Positions 1 to 9,124 of a stretch of 24,000 bases of DNA are shown here, one piece after another; position 1 is the first letter of the stretch, and the number at the start of each line of letters is the position of its first letter. The translations under genes and the position numbers were made by a program. Source of the stretch: Thermodesulfobacteriota bacterium (GTDB taxonomy: Bacteria > Desulfobacterota > Desulfobacteria > Desulfobacterales > Desulfosudaceae); assembly GCA_040753795.1 (NCBI GenBank), contig JBFMDX010000006.1:107030-131029 (forward strand). The letters are read 5' to 3'. Below the pieces are notes generated by a model. It made no database searches. It saw nothing but the letters and a program-made list of their open reading frames with translations, and was not told the origin of the DNA.

Positions 1-699
1 GGAACGGTTTTTCTGGACGAGATCAGCAACATCAGCCTGGAGGTTCAGGGCAAGCTCCTGCGGTTTCTGGAGACCCGGGAGTTTCTGCCCCTGGGCGGCA
101 CGGCCATCCGGAAAGTGGATATCCGCCTGATTTTCGCCACCAATAAAAACCTGGAAGAGATGGTGGCCGCCGGCCAGTTCCGGGAGGATTTTTATTACCG
201 CATCTTTGTCTACCCCATTCATATCCCTCCGCTCCGGGAGAGAAAATCGGATATCCTGCCCATCGCCTACTATTTTCTGAAGCAGTACAGCCGGAACATG
301 GGAAAAACCATCGACGGATTTGACGATGCCGCCGTCAGCCGCATGACGGAGTACAACTGGCCGGGAAACGTGCGGCAGTTGAAAAACACCATCGAAAGAG
401 CGGTCATTCTCTGTGAAAAAGAGAGGATTACGTTAAAAGAATTGCCGCTGTTGCGCGAGTCCGGCGAGTTCGAAGAGATGATCGAGCATGTCCCCGTCAA
501 CTGTGAAGAGTTAAAAAGGCTCAAAAAGCAGATCCGCGACCTGGCCGTGCAGAAGGTGGAAAAAAACTTTCTCTTCAACGCCCTGGCCAGGAACGACTGG
601 AACATATCCCGCGCCGCCCGGGAGACCGGCATGCAGCGGACCAACTTTCAAAGCCTCATGAAAAAGCGCGGCATCACCCGTCCGGATTCATCAAAATAA
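1..699 (+). CDS. Sigma-54-dependent transcriptional activator, C-terminal part (5' end lies outside the window)
   Basis: Frame 1 is open from nt 1: GTVFLDEISNISLEVQGKLLRFLETREF (Walker B / AAA+ sigma54-interaction domain), continuing into DIRLIFATNKNLEEMVAAGQFREDFYYRI and YNWPGNVRQLKN. C-terminal Fis-type HTH NISRAARETGMQRTNFQSLMKKRGI. Stop at 697-699. The ORF-track start at 115 is only an internal Met. Confidence 0.9.
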   Translation, partial: GTVFLDEISNISLEVQGKLLRFLETREFLPLGGTAIRKVDIRLIFATNKNLEEMVAAGQFREDFYYRIFVYPIHIPPLRERKSDILPIAYYFLKQYSRNMGKTIDGFDDAAVSRMTEYNWPGNVRQLKNTIERAVILCEKERITLKELPLLRESGEFEEMIEHVPVNCEELKRLKKQIRDLAVQKVEKNFLFNALARNDWNISRAARETGMQRTNFQSLMKKRGITRPDSSK

Positions 700-1044
700 G
701 CAAGCTTCCACTCGAATCAATCCCGGTTCCGCTTTCCATACACTGAATATTTTTTCTATACACCCGCCCCGGCTTCTGATGGTGCCGACAAAACCATTTG
801 AAATCTAAATTGTTTTGTAAGAATCCGCGCTGTCTGTCATCCGACGCCATATTTTTTTGGCATCTCTCCATCTGTATACAAAACGCATACACTACGGCGA
901 AGCCATCAGGCCGGGCAAAATGTATAAAGGCAATATTATCAAATTGTTAAAAATAAATTTCCGCCATGGCATAAAAAATGAATTGGTAAAGGCAAAATGA
1001 AATGATTCCGCGTGAGCGGTACCCCACAACATAAGGAGGCAAAA

Positions 1045-2259
1045 ATGGAAAACGTTCAAAGAATCATGGTGGTGGATGACGAAAAAGAGATTTGCCAGAA
1101 TGTCGAAAAGATCCTCGGCAAAGGGGACTTCGAAATCGTTACGGCCCGGAGTGCCAAGGAGGCCCTGGAACTGATGGCCAAACAGTCTTTTGAACTGCTC
1201 ATTTCAGACATTGTCATGCCGGAGATGAACGGGCTTTCCTTACTGAAACTGGCCAAGCAGCAGTGGCCCCTGACCAAAGCCATCATCATGACCGCCTATG
1301 CCTCCACCGATACGGCCATGAAGGCCATCCGCCTGGGCGCCCTGGATTATATTCAGAAGCCCTTTACCCCCGATGAGTTGAGGACAACGGTCGACAACGC
1401 TCTGTCCGGCAAGCTGGCGGAAGCGGCGGTGGCGCACCAGGAAAGAGAAGCCATCGAAGTGATCGGAATCGATATTCCCTATGATCGTGACGAGGTTGTC
1501 AGGCAGACCAGCGAGGACTATGCCGACCGTCTGAACCGTTCCGACATGCCGGAAATGAAGATCGCGCCGGCGGAAACCCTGGAAAACTATTGCGCCCTGG
1601 GCGAAATGGTCTGCGACATTTTCAAAAAACTCGGATCCACCTGCAAAGGCGGAAAAAAGAAGAATGAGTGCCCCCAGAAGGCGAAAAAAGCCGCGGCCAA
1701 ACCCGCCGGCAGCCAGGTTGACGTAAAAAAACTGATCGGCATTGATCTGCCGTTTGACTACGAGGAAGTGGTCGCGGCTACCAGCGCTGAATACGTGACG
1801 CATATGGGCCGGGACGGATTCGCGTTCATGCCCTATGAAGAACTGAAAAAGTCGGTCCCCGCCGTAAAGACCGCCCCCGCGGAAGACGTGACCGCCGGAG
1901 ATATTCTGGTCGTGGACGACGAAGTGGCCGTCAACAACAACGTCAGAAAGATACTGGCCAAAAACGGTCTTTCGGTGGATCAGGCCCTTTCCAAGGACGA
2001 GGCCCTGGCCAAGGTCAACCGGAACTCCTACAAACTGGTCCTCCTGGATTTGAGAATGCCCGGGGTCCAGGGACTGGAACTCCTGAAGGCCATCACCGAA
2101 ACCCGGCCGGAGACCCGGGTGGTCATCATCACCGGATACGCCAGCATCGAAACAGCCGTGGAGTCGGCCCGGATCGGCGCCATCGACTATCTGCCCAAAC
2201 CGTTTACGCCGGATGACCTGCGCCAGGTCACCGGCAATGCGTTGCGACTGGCGGCCTGA
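1045..2259 (+). CDS. Response regulator with two receiver (REC) domains flanking a duplicated, Cys-containing central region; no recognisable output domain
   Basis: AAGGAGG at 1033-1039 lies 5 nt before ATG 1045 (MENVQRIMVVDDE). N-terminal REC: VVDDE...LLISDIVMPEMNG...IIMTAY...KPF. C-terminal REC: LVVDDE...LVLLDLRMPGVQG...VIITGY...KPF. The region between them is described in findings. Confidence 0.85.
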   Translation: MENVQRIMVVDDEKEICQNVEKILGKGDFEIVTARSAKEALELMAKQSFELLISDIVMPEMNGLSLLKLAKQQWPLTKAIIMTAYASTDTAMKAIRLGALDYIQKPFTPDELRTTVDNALSGKLAEAAVAHQEREAIEVIGIDIPYDRDEVVRQTSEDYADRLNRSDMPEMKIAPAETLENYCALGEMVCDIFKKLGSTCKGGKKKNECPQKAKKAAAKPAGSQVDVKKLIGIDLPFDYEEVVAATSAEYVTHMGRDGFAFMPYEELKKSVPAVKTAPAEDVTAGDILVVDDEVAVNNNVRKILAKNGLSVDQALSKDEALAKVNRNSYKLVLLDLRMPGVQGLELLKAITETRPETRVVIITGYASIETAVESARIGAIDYLPKPFTPDDLRQVTGNALRLAA

Positions 2260-2305
2260 TGACCCCGGCTTTTCGTTCATACCATCGCCCTGTCATATAA
2301 AAAGA

Positions 2306-2332
2306 CCGGCCCGGAAGATATTCCCGGGCCGG
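2306..2332. terminator. GC-rich hairpin between convergent genes; candidate bidirectional intrinsic terminator
   Basis: CCGGCCCGG (2306-2314), 9-nt loop, CCGGGCCGG (2324-2332): a perfect 9-bp stem. It is flanked by A-rich sequence on the left and T-rich sequence (CCTTCTAATTATCTT) on the right, so either strand reads a U-rich tail. Confidence 0.5.
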
Positions 2333-2422
2333 CCTTCTAATTATCTTGTCTCAAGCGCGGTCAACAACGGCACTGATGACAATCATTGCCGGCGCATATC
2401 CTTAAATTGAGGCAAAGGCCGA

Positions 2423-2875
2423 TCACGCCGATGTTTTTAATGATTTTGCCTTGACGGCATGTTTTCCGCTGATCAGACTTTCCAGGGTAATCTGATCCAG
2501 GCAGGCGAACAGGGCCTTGCCGGCTTCCATCCATACCCAGCGGGACAGGCAGTCCCCCGCCCTGGCGCACACACCGCAGTCGATTTCCCCGGACTCCGCG
2601 CATTCCGTCAACGCGGTCGTCCCCTCGAGACTTTTGACGATATCGGCTATGGTTATCACGCCAGGTGGCCGGGCGAGTTTATGGCCTCCGGACGGCCCCC
2701 GCTGGCTGACAATCAATCCGGCTTTTTTGAGTTTGGTGGTCAGATGCTCCAGATACTTCAAGGAAATCCCCTGGCGTTTGGAAATAACGCGCAGAGGGAC
2801 CGGTTTCTCGCCCCCGTACAACGCCAGATCCAGAAGCAATCTCGTCCCGTATCTACTTTTGGTTGTAAGCCGCAT
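2423..2875 (-). CDS. Rrf2-family transcriptional regulator (IscR/NsrR-like, probably Fe-S binding)
   Basis: MRLTTKSRYGTRLLLDLALYGGEKPVPLRVISKRQGISLKYLEHLTTKLKKAGLIVSQRGPSGGHKLAR is a canonical Rrf2 wHTH. A C-terminal Cys cluster follows (TECAESGEIDCGVCARAGDC). Confidence 0.9.
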   Translation of the reverse strand: MRLTTKSRYGTRLLLDLALYGGEKPVPLRVISKRQGISLKYLEHLTTKLKKAGLIVSQRGPSGGHKLARPPGVITIADIVKSLEGTTALTECAESGEIDCGVCARAGDCLSRWVWMEAGKALFACLDQITLESLISGKHAVKAKSLKTSA

Positions 2876-2909
2876 CTTTCTGCCAGGTCCCCGCGGGATG
2901 GAACGCCGT

Positions 2910-4319
2910 CTACCAACCCAGCGTCAGGTAATCATGCATTGAATTGGCCGCGACACGTCCCGCGCCCATGGCCAGGATGACCGTGGCCGATCCGGTGACA
3001 ATATCGCCACCGGCCCAGACCGCCTTGCGGCTGGTTTTGCCGGTGGCCTGATCGGCCACGATATACCCCCGTTTGTTCAAGGCCAGCCCTTCCGTGGACT
3101 TGGTCAGCAGGGGATTGGCGCCGGCGCCGATGGCGATAATCACCAGATCACAGTCGATCCGAAATTCCGAGCCTTTCACCGCCACGGGGCTCCGGCGGCC
3201 GGAAGCATCCGGTTCACCCAGTTCCATCTTCAGTGCTTCCATGCCGATGACCCGGCCCTTGTCGTCGCCGAAGAAGCGGGTGGGATTGGTCAGCAGGCGG
3301 AAATTGACGCCCTCCTCTTCGGCGTGATGCACTTCCGCGGCACGGGCCGGCAGCTCGTTTTTGGAACGGCGATAAACGATATAAGAATTTTCGGCTCCCA
3401 GACGCAAGGCCGTTCGGGCCGCGTCCATGGCCACGTTGCCGCCGCCGACGGTGACCACGTTCTTCCCTTTGATGACCGGGGTGTCATATTCGGGAAAACG
3501 GTAGGCCTTCATGAGATTGGTGCGGGTCAGATACTCGTTGGCTGAAAACACGCCGGCAAAATTTTCTCCGGGAATCCCCATGAACACGGGCAGCCCCGCG
3601 CCCACGCCCAGGTAAATCGCGTCATAGCCCTGGGCGAACAGTTCTTCAATGGTGACGCTGCGTCCCACCACCGTGTTTAGTTCCACCCTGGCGCCCATGG
3701 CGTCCAGGCCGTCCACTTCGGAGAAAACGATCTCCTTGGGCAGCCGGAACTCGGGGATGCCGTAGACCAGCACCCCGCCCGGCCGGTGAAAGGCTTCAAA
3801 GATGGTCACGTCATGCCCCTTGAGGATAAGATCACCGGCGACCGTCAACCCGGACGGACCGGAGCCGACCACGGCCACCTTTTTGCCGGTGGACGCCCCC
3901 TTGGACGGCTTGACCGCCTTGCGATTGGCCCGCTCATAATCGGCCGCGAACCGCTCCAGGTTGCCGATGGCCACGGGCGCATCTTTCTTGCCCACGATGC
4001 ATTTGCCTTCGCACTGCATTTCCTGGGGGCAGACCCGGCCGCATACGGCCGGCAGGCTGTTGCGCTCCCATATTTTCTGGATGGCGCCGGGGAAATCCCC
4101 TTCCCGGATCCGGTTGATAAAAGCCGGGATATCCACGCCCACCGGGCATCCTTCCACGCAAGCCGGCTTCTTGCATTGCAGACACCGGCCCGCTTCCATT
4201 ATGGCTGCCTCCGGAGATAACCCCAGAGGGACTTCATTAAAATTTCTGGCCCGTACCGCCGGTTCCTGCTCCGGCATTTTCTGTCTTGGAATCTTTTCGC
4301 TCTTCTCTTTCTCCGCCAT
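2910..4319 (-). CDS. nfnB: NfnB / SudA-type subunit (GltD-like FAD/NADPH oxidoreductase with two [4Fe-4S] sites)
   Basis: N-terminal Cys motifs CLQCKKPACVEGCP and CGRVCPQEMQCEGKC. Dinucleotide folds VAVVGSGPSGL and VVTVGGGNVAMD. C-terminal WAGGDIVTG. GGGGAG RBS before ATG 4319 (MAEKEK); the ORF-track start 4337 is less likely. Confidence 0.85.
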   Translation of the reverse strand: MAEKEKSEKIPRQKMPEQEPAVRARNFNEVPLGLSPEAAIMEAGRCLQCKKPACVEGCPVGVDIPAFINRIREGDFPGAIQKIWERNSLPAVCGRVCPQEMQCEGKCIVGKKDAPVAIGNLERFAADYERANRKAVKPSKGASTGKKVAVVGSGPSGLTVAGDLILKGHDVTIFEAFHRPGGVLVYGIPEFRLPKEIVFSEVDGLDAMGARVELNTVVGRSVTIEELFAQGYDAIYLGVGAGLPVFMGIPGENFAGVFSANEYLTRTNLMKAYRFPEYDTPVIKGKNVVTVGGGNVAMDAARTALRLGAENSYIVYRRSKNELPARAAEVHHAEEEGVNFRLLTNPTRFFGDDKGRVIGMEALKMELGEPDASGRRSPVAVKGSEFRIDCDLVIIAIGAGANPLLTKSTEGLALNKRGYIVADQATGKTSRKAVWAGGDIVTGSATVILAMGAGRVAANSMHDYLTLGW

Positions 4320-4341
4320 TATTATTCTCCCCAGCACAAGG

Positions 4342-5166
4342 TTATTTGCGATAACAGGTATAGCTTTCCTTTTCCTGCTCCGTGTAGGCTCTCAGACGCA
4401 GGGTCAACTCGTCAAAATCCACTTCATGGCCGTCGAACTCGGGACCGTCCACGCAGGCGAATTTGGTCTTGCCGCCCACCGAGACCCGGCAGCCGCCGCA
4501 CATGCCGGTACCGTCCACCATGATGGGATTCAGGCTGACCATGGTTTTGACGCCGAACTCCTTAGTGACCGCCGAGCAGGCCTTCATCATGGGCACCGGA
4601 CCGATGGCCACGGCCAGTTTCATGTCTTTGTTTTCGGTTAAAACGGCCTTGAGTACATCCGTGACAAATCCATGGTGACCGTAAGAGCCGTCATCCGTGC
4701 AGACCCTCAAGTCATGGGAGGCGGCCCGCATCTCATCCTCCAGAATCAACAGCTCCTTATTTCTGGCGCCGATGATGCAGGTCACCTCGTTGCCGGCCTG
4801 TTTCAGGGCCCGGGTGATGGGATGAAGCACCGCCACGCCCGTCCCGCCGCCGACGCACACGACCTTGCCGAGTTTTTCGATGTGGGTCGGCGCTCCCAGC
4901 GGACCGATCACGTCCATATAGGCGTCGCCCTCCTTCAGGGTGGCGAACAGGGCCGTGCTCTTGCCGACAACCATGAAAATAATGGTGATAGTCCCTTTTT
5001 CCGGATTGGTATCGGCCATTGTAAGGGGAATCCGCTCCCCGGCTTCATTGGCTTTTAGAATGACAAACTGGCCGGGTTTTGCCTTGGCGGCAATCAGGGG
5101 GGCTTCGATCTCGTTGAGCACCACCGTCCCCTTGGCCATTTCCTTCCGCTTTACGATTTTAAACAT
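4342..5166 (-). CDS. nfnA: NfnA / SudB-type subunit (PyrK-like ferredoxin-NADP reductase fold with C-terminal [2Fe-2S])
   Basis: FNR-like fold (RIPLTMAD, VCVGGGTGVAVL) and C-terminal GMCGGCRV...KFACVDGPEF cluster motif. Strong AAGGAGGAAGG RBS. It ends about 22 nt upstream of the preferred nfnB start (4319). Confidence 0.85.
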   Translation of the reverse strand: MFKIVKRKEMAKGTVVLNEIEAPLIAAKAKPGQFVILKANEAGERIPLTMADTNPEKGTITIIFMVVGKSTALFATLKEGDAYMDVIGPLGAPTHIEKLGKVVCVGGGTGVAVLHPITRALKQAGNEVTCIIGARNKELLILEDEMRAASHDLRVCTDDGSYGHHGFVTDVLKAVLTENKDMKLAVAIGPVPMMKACSAVTKEFGVKTMVSLNPIMVDGTGMCGGCRVSVGGKTKFACVDGPEFDGHEVDFDELTLRLRAYTEQEKESYTCYRK

Positions 5167-5362
5167 ATCCTTCCTCCTTAACCGATATTTTCAGCCATAG
5201 TTATTGTCATATGCTCATTATTTCGTTTTTTCTATCGCATGTCGCCTGCATTAATTCAAGGACTTTAGTGGTATTCGACCAGATTTTTATGTTATACAGC
5301 AGCATCAATAATATGCTATTGCCTGTCACGGCAACAAAAAACGATACTTTGGAGATAATGTT

Positions 5363-6142
5363 TTGAAATTATTCGACAGCCACTGCCATCTGGATGATAA
5401 GGATTACGATCCGGATCTTGAAGCCGTTATCGATCGTGCCCGGGAGGCCGGCGTTAACGCCTGCATGGTGGTCGGGACCACCACCGCCCGCTCCCGGAAA
5501 GCCGCCCGAATCGCCGCGGAACATGACGGCATTTTCGCTTCCGTCGGTCTCCACCCCCATGACGCCGCCAGCGGCAGCGATGAAGTGATAGACATTTTAA
5601 GGGATCTGGCCCGGTCCAACCCCAAGGTCCGCGCCTGGGGAGAAACCGGCCTGGATTTTAACCGCATGTACTCTCCCCAGAACGACCAGGAGAAATGGTT
5701 TGCCCGTCAGATCGCAGAGGCCGCGGCCTGCGATCTATCACTGATCTTCCATGAGCGGGATTCCAGGGGCCGCTTTCTGGAAATCCTCAAAAGCGACCTG
5801 GCACCCGGCCAGACCGGCGTGGTTCACTGTTTTTCGGGTAATAAAAAGGAATTGACCGCCTATCTTGACCTGGGGCTTTATATCGGCATCACCGGCGTCA
5901 TCACCGTCAAGAGCCGCGGAGAAGATCTCCGCCAACTGGTCCGGCACATCCCGGATGACCGTCTGCTGGTGGAAACCGACGCGCCCTATCTGACGCCCAC
6001 GCCCGAGCGCAACCGTTACAAGCGCAACGAACCGGCTTTTGTTAAAACCGTCTTTCTGAAGCTGGCCGACGTCAGGCAACAGGACCCGGAGGTCCTGGCC
6101 CCAATCATCTGGGACAACACCTGCCGGCTGTTTAAAATTTAG
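5363..6142 (+). CDS. tatD: TatD-family metal-dependent hydrolase/DNase
   Basis: MKLFDSHCHLDD start motif. Internal GLHPH, ETGLDF, IFHERD, VHCFSG and ETDAPYL motifs are typical of TatD/YcfH. TTG start preceded by GGAG at 5351-5354. Confidence 0.9.
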   Translation: MKLFDSHCHLDDKDYDPDLEAVIDRAREAGVNACMVVGTTTARSRKAARIAAEHDGIFASVGLHPHDAASGSDEVIDILRDLARSNPKVRAWGETGLDFNRMYSPQNDQEKWFARQIAEAAACDLSLIFHERDSRGRFLEILKSDLAPGQTGVVHCFSGNKKELTAYLDLGLYIGITGVITVKSRGEDLRQLVRHIPDDRLLVETDAPYLTPTPERNRYKRNEPAFVKTVFLKLADVRQQDPEVLAPIIWDNTCRLFKI

Positions 6143-6275
6143 AGATGGTGTTTAAGAACAGTTAAAGATCATATCCACTGATACCCATGCACCAGCGGTT
6201 ATCCGATTGCTTTTCACGGTTGTTTACAGTAGGTTTACTACAGTATCTATTGGCGCTTGAGCAAGGAGCGTTTTC

Positions 6276-7190
6276 ATGGCCTCTCCACGAATCGGCCTGG
6301 CCCTGGGCAGCGGCTCGGCCCGCGGCTGGGCGCATATCGGCGTACTCCAGGCCTTGGAGGAGATGGGCGTCAAGCCCGATGTCATCAGCGGATGCTCGGC
6401 CGGGGCCATCGTGGCCGGGGCATACGCCGGCGGAAATCTCCAGAAACTGGCCGATTGGCTGGTCACCCTGAACCGGAAAACCGTCCTGGGCTTTTTTGAT
6501 TTCAGCCTGTTCGGCGGCGGCGTCATTGCCGGTGAGCGGCTGTTTGACTTTTTTAAAGAGCATATCGGCGACAGCAACATAGAGGATTTACCGATACCCT
6601 TTACCGCCGTTGCCACCGAACTGGACTCCGGCCGGGAGGTGTGGCTGAATTCCGGCTCCCTGCTGGAAGCGATCCGGGCCTCGATCTCCCTGCCGGGCAT
6701 GTTTACGCCCGCCCGGATCAACAATGAATGGATGATTGACGGCGGCCTGGTCAACCCGATTCCGGTTTCTGCCTGCTGGGCCATGAAAGCCGAGGTGGTC
6801 ATCGCCGTCAATGTCAGCGCCGGCATTATCCGGGCCCATCTCCAGGGTAACCGGGACAGGAACGATAAACGAGGCGACAAAGAGGAAGCGGAGAAAGCCG
6901 GGCCTGATAAAAAAACCGGCTGGTGGGACACGGGCTTCTTTAAGAAAATCAGCGGCGACAGTGACACGCCCGGTGTTTTCGATGTCATCCACAGTTCTAT
7001 TCTGATTATGCAGGAACGCATCACGCGCAGCCGGCTGGCCGGTGATCCGCCGGATCTGCTGCTCCTGCCGCGGGTCAGCGATATCGGGCTGATGGAGTTT
7101 CACCGGGCTCAGGAAGCCATTGACGAGGGCCGGCGCTGCGTGGAGCGGGCCGGCAAGTCCATTCTGGATGTCATCGAACTGAATCAATAA
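6276..7190 (+). CDS. Patatin-like phospholipase (RssA-like)
   Basis: Oxyanion-hole motif GLALGSGSARG, nucleophile elbow GCSAG (GxSxG) and catalytic Asp in MIDGGLVNPIP. AAGGAG RBS at 6262-6267. Confidence 0.9.
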   Translation: MASPRIGLALGSGSARGWAHIGVLQALEEMGVKPDVISGCSAGAIVAGAYAGGNLQKLADWLVTLNRKTVLGFFDFSLFGGGVIAGERLFDFFKEHIGDSNIEDLPIPFTAVATELDSGREVWLNSGSLLEAIRASISLPGMFTPARINNEWMIDGGLVNPIPVSACWAMKAEVVIAVNVSAGIIRAHLQGNRDRNDKRGDKEEAEKAGPDKKTGWWDTGFFKKISGDSDTPGVFDVIHSSILIMQERITRSRLAGDPPDLLLLPRVSDIGLMEFHRAQEAIDEGRRCVERAGKSILDVIELNQ

Positions 7191-7219
7191 CCCGGGCATC
7201 TTTGGGGCAGGAGCATGTG

Positions 7220-7753
7220 ATGAGCGTGAAGATCAACAGCCGGGAAACGATGTTTCATGTCGGCCGGTTCCGTCTGGACACGGAAACCATTACCCTGGAC
7301 AACGGCAACGATACCACGGTCCATGTGCTGAGACACCCTGGTGCAGTGGCCGTAGTGCCTTTTCTGGATGAGGGAACTGTTATCCTGATTCACCAGTACC
7401 GGCATAGCGTGGGCGACTATATCTGGGAAATTCCCGCCGGAACACTGGACGCGGGCGAAGACCCGCTAGCCTGCGCCGGCCGGGAGCTGATTGAAGAGAC
7501 CGGCTTTCGCGCCGGAACGTTCACTGCCATCGGCCCGATTTTCCCCGCGCCCGGGTATTCGGACGAACAGATTCATCTGTTCCTGGCCGGCGACCTGGCG
7601 CCCGACGTTCAGAACCTGGAGCCGGACGAGGTCATTCACGTTCGCCGGGTCCCTTTGCTCCAGGCACTGGGAATGATTGACAGCGGCGAGATCCGCGATG
7701 CCAAAACCATTGCCGGTCTGTTGCTGGCCGGCCGTCACAAACAAAGCATATAA
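7220..7753 (+). CDS. NUDIX hydrolase (ADP-ribose pyrophosphatase-like)
   Basis: Nudix box GTLDAGEDPLACAGRELIEETGF. ATG at 7220 follows AGGAG; the ORF-track TTG at 7202 is less likely. Confidence 0.85.
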   Translation: MSVKINSRETMFHVGRFRLDTETITLDNGNDTTVHVLRHPGAVAVVPFLDEGTVILIHQYRHSVGDYIWEIPAGTLDAGEDPLACAGRELIEETGFRAGTFTAIGPIFPAPGYSDEQIHLFLAGDLAPDVQNLEPDEVIHVRRVPLLQALGMIDSGEIRDAKTIAGLLLAGRHKQSI

Positions 7754-7763
7754 GGATGGCGCG

Positions 7764-8582
7764 ATGAACCGGTTTGTCGGGAAGGTCACGATCATCACCG
7801 GAGCCGGCTCCGGCATCGGTCGGGCACTGGCGGAAAAACTGGCGGCCCGGGGCGCGATTTTGGTGCTGGCCGACATCAACGGACCGCAGGTGACGCAGGT
7901 CGTAGACCAAATAAAAAAAACCGGGCGCCAGGCCCGGGCGGTCGTGCTGGATGTGACAGAACGGGAGGCGGTCCGGGAGGTGGTGGAAGCCACGGTGGCC
8001 GAACACGGCCGCCTGGATTATCTGTTCAACAACGCCGGCATCGCTGTCGGCGGCGAAGCCCGGGACGTTTCCTGCGACGACTGGAAGCGCGTCATCGACG
8101 TGGACCTGTACGGCGTGATCCACGGTGTTTGCGCGGCTTACCCGATCATGGCCGCGCAGGGCTTCGGGCACATCGTCAACACCGCGTCGATGGCCGGCCT
8201 GGCGCCCTTTCCGGGCGAGCTGTCCTACACGGCCGGCAAGTACGGAGTAGTCGGCCTGACTTTGGGCTTGAGAATCGAAGGCGCCGATCTGGGCGTCAAG
8301 GCCAGCGTGGTCTGCCCGGGTATCATCGACACGCCGATTTACCGGGTGAGCAAGGCCGTCAGATTCGACAAGGAGAACGCCCTGGCCGAACTGCCCCGGG
8401 GCATGACGCCGCAACGATGCGCTGAAGAGATCCTGCGGGGAGTGGAGAAGAACCGGGCGGTCATCGTGGTGACGTTCATGGCCAAATGCATGTACCTGAT
8501 CCAGAGACTCAGCCCCGGACTGATGTTGTGGCTGTTCAGGCAGTATATGAAAAAAATGCGACGGTTTCGGATAGAAGCATAA
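7764..8582 (+). CDS. Short-chain dehydrogenase/reductase (SDR) family oxidoreductase
   Basis: TGAGSGIGRA cofactor motif, NNAG and the YTAGK catalytic motif. ATG 7764 (MNRFVGKVTIITG) follows AAGGA. The ORF-track start 7677 overlaps the NUDIX gene and is unlikely. Confidence 0.9.
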   Translation: MNRFVGKVTIITGAGSGIGRALAEKLAARGAILVLADINGPQVTQVVDQIKKTGRQARAVVLDVTEREAVREVVEATVAEHGRLDYLFNNAGIAVGGEARDVSCDDWKRVIDVDLYGVIHGVCAAYPIMAAQGFGHIVNTASMAGLAPFPGELSYTAGKYGVVGLTLGLRIEGADLGVKASVVCPGIIDTPIYRVSKAVRFDKENALAELPRGMTPQRCAEEILRGVEKNRAVIVVTFMAKCMYLIQRLSPGLMLWLFRQYMKKMRRFRIEA

Positions 8583-8611
8583 CAGTAACCGTAAAGGAAA
8601 GGAGACAGACC

Positions 8612-9064
8612 ATGAACGAAATTCAAGGGCAGAAACAATCGGCCGCGTTTATCACCTCCAAAGACACCCTGGACGGCGTCTATCCGGGACTGATCTTAAG
8701 CATCAACGCCAGGCGCCTGGGAATGGAGGCCACCGTATTCTATACCTTCATGGGGCTCAACGTCCTGCGCAAGGGGTGGGTGGAAAAAGCCAAGTTCCAG
8801 CCTCCGGGATTCATGGGCGCCATCCCCGGCATGGCCGCCGTGGCCACCTGGATGATGAAGGGGAAAATGGAAGAGGCCAACGTGCCCACGCTGCCAGATC
8901 TTCAGGAAATGGCCCAGGCCGAAGGCGTCCGCTTCGTCGCTTGCAAAATGACGGTCGACATGATGAAATTCACGCAAAAGGACTTCATCGACGGCGTCAT
9001 CATCCAGACGGCGGAAGATTTCTTAAAATATGCCATGAACTGCAAGATACTGCTTTATACTTAG
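8612..9064 (+). CDS. DsrE/DsrF-like (COG2210-type) sulfur-relay/peroxiredoxin-family protein
   Basis: AAFITSKDTLDGVYPGLILSINARRLGMEATVFYTFMGLNVLRKG and the conserved Cys context RFVACKMTVDMM resemble DsrE-fold proteins. AAAGGAGA RBS before ATG 8612. Confidence 0.7.
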   Translation: MNEIQGQKQSAAFITSKDTLDGVYPGLILSINARRLGMEATVFYTFMGLNVLRKGWVEKAKFQPPGFMGAIPGMAAVATWMMKGKMEEANVPTLPDLQEMAQAEGVRFVACKMTVDMMKFTQKDFIDGVIIQTAEDFLKYAMNCKILLYT

Positions 9065-9124
9065 TCTCCATCGGAAACGGTTTGGTTATGCTTTATACTG
9101 GACATTTAATTTAGGAGATCAATC

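Noticed and set aside
967-981. Sigma54 promoter TGGCAT-N5-ATGA upstream of the dual-REC gene, which is attractive because a sigma54 activator is encoded next door.
   Set aside because: The -24 GG is present but the -12 element reads ATGA rather than TTGC (no GC dinucleotide). The match is too weak to call without transcription start data.
1240-2280. Long antisense or overlapping ORFs. Examples: 1240..2280(-), 3961..4641(+), 6224..7024(-), 6588..7199(-), 7632..8414(-), 11042..11602(+), 11988..12713(+), 13076..13639(+), 14115..14693(+), 20576..21178(-), 22427..23092(-).
   Set aside because: Each lies opposite or out of frame to a gene with clear family motifs. Their translations are Arg/Gly/Pro/Ala-rich low-complexity strings typical of shadow ORFs in GC-rich DNA. 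None has an RBS or a recognisable domain.
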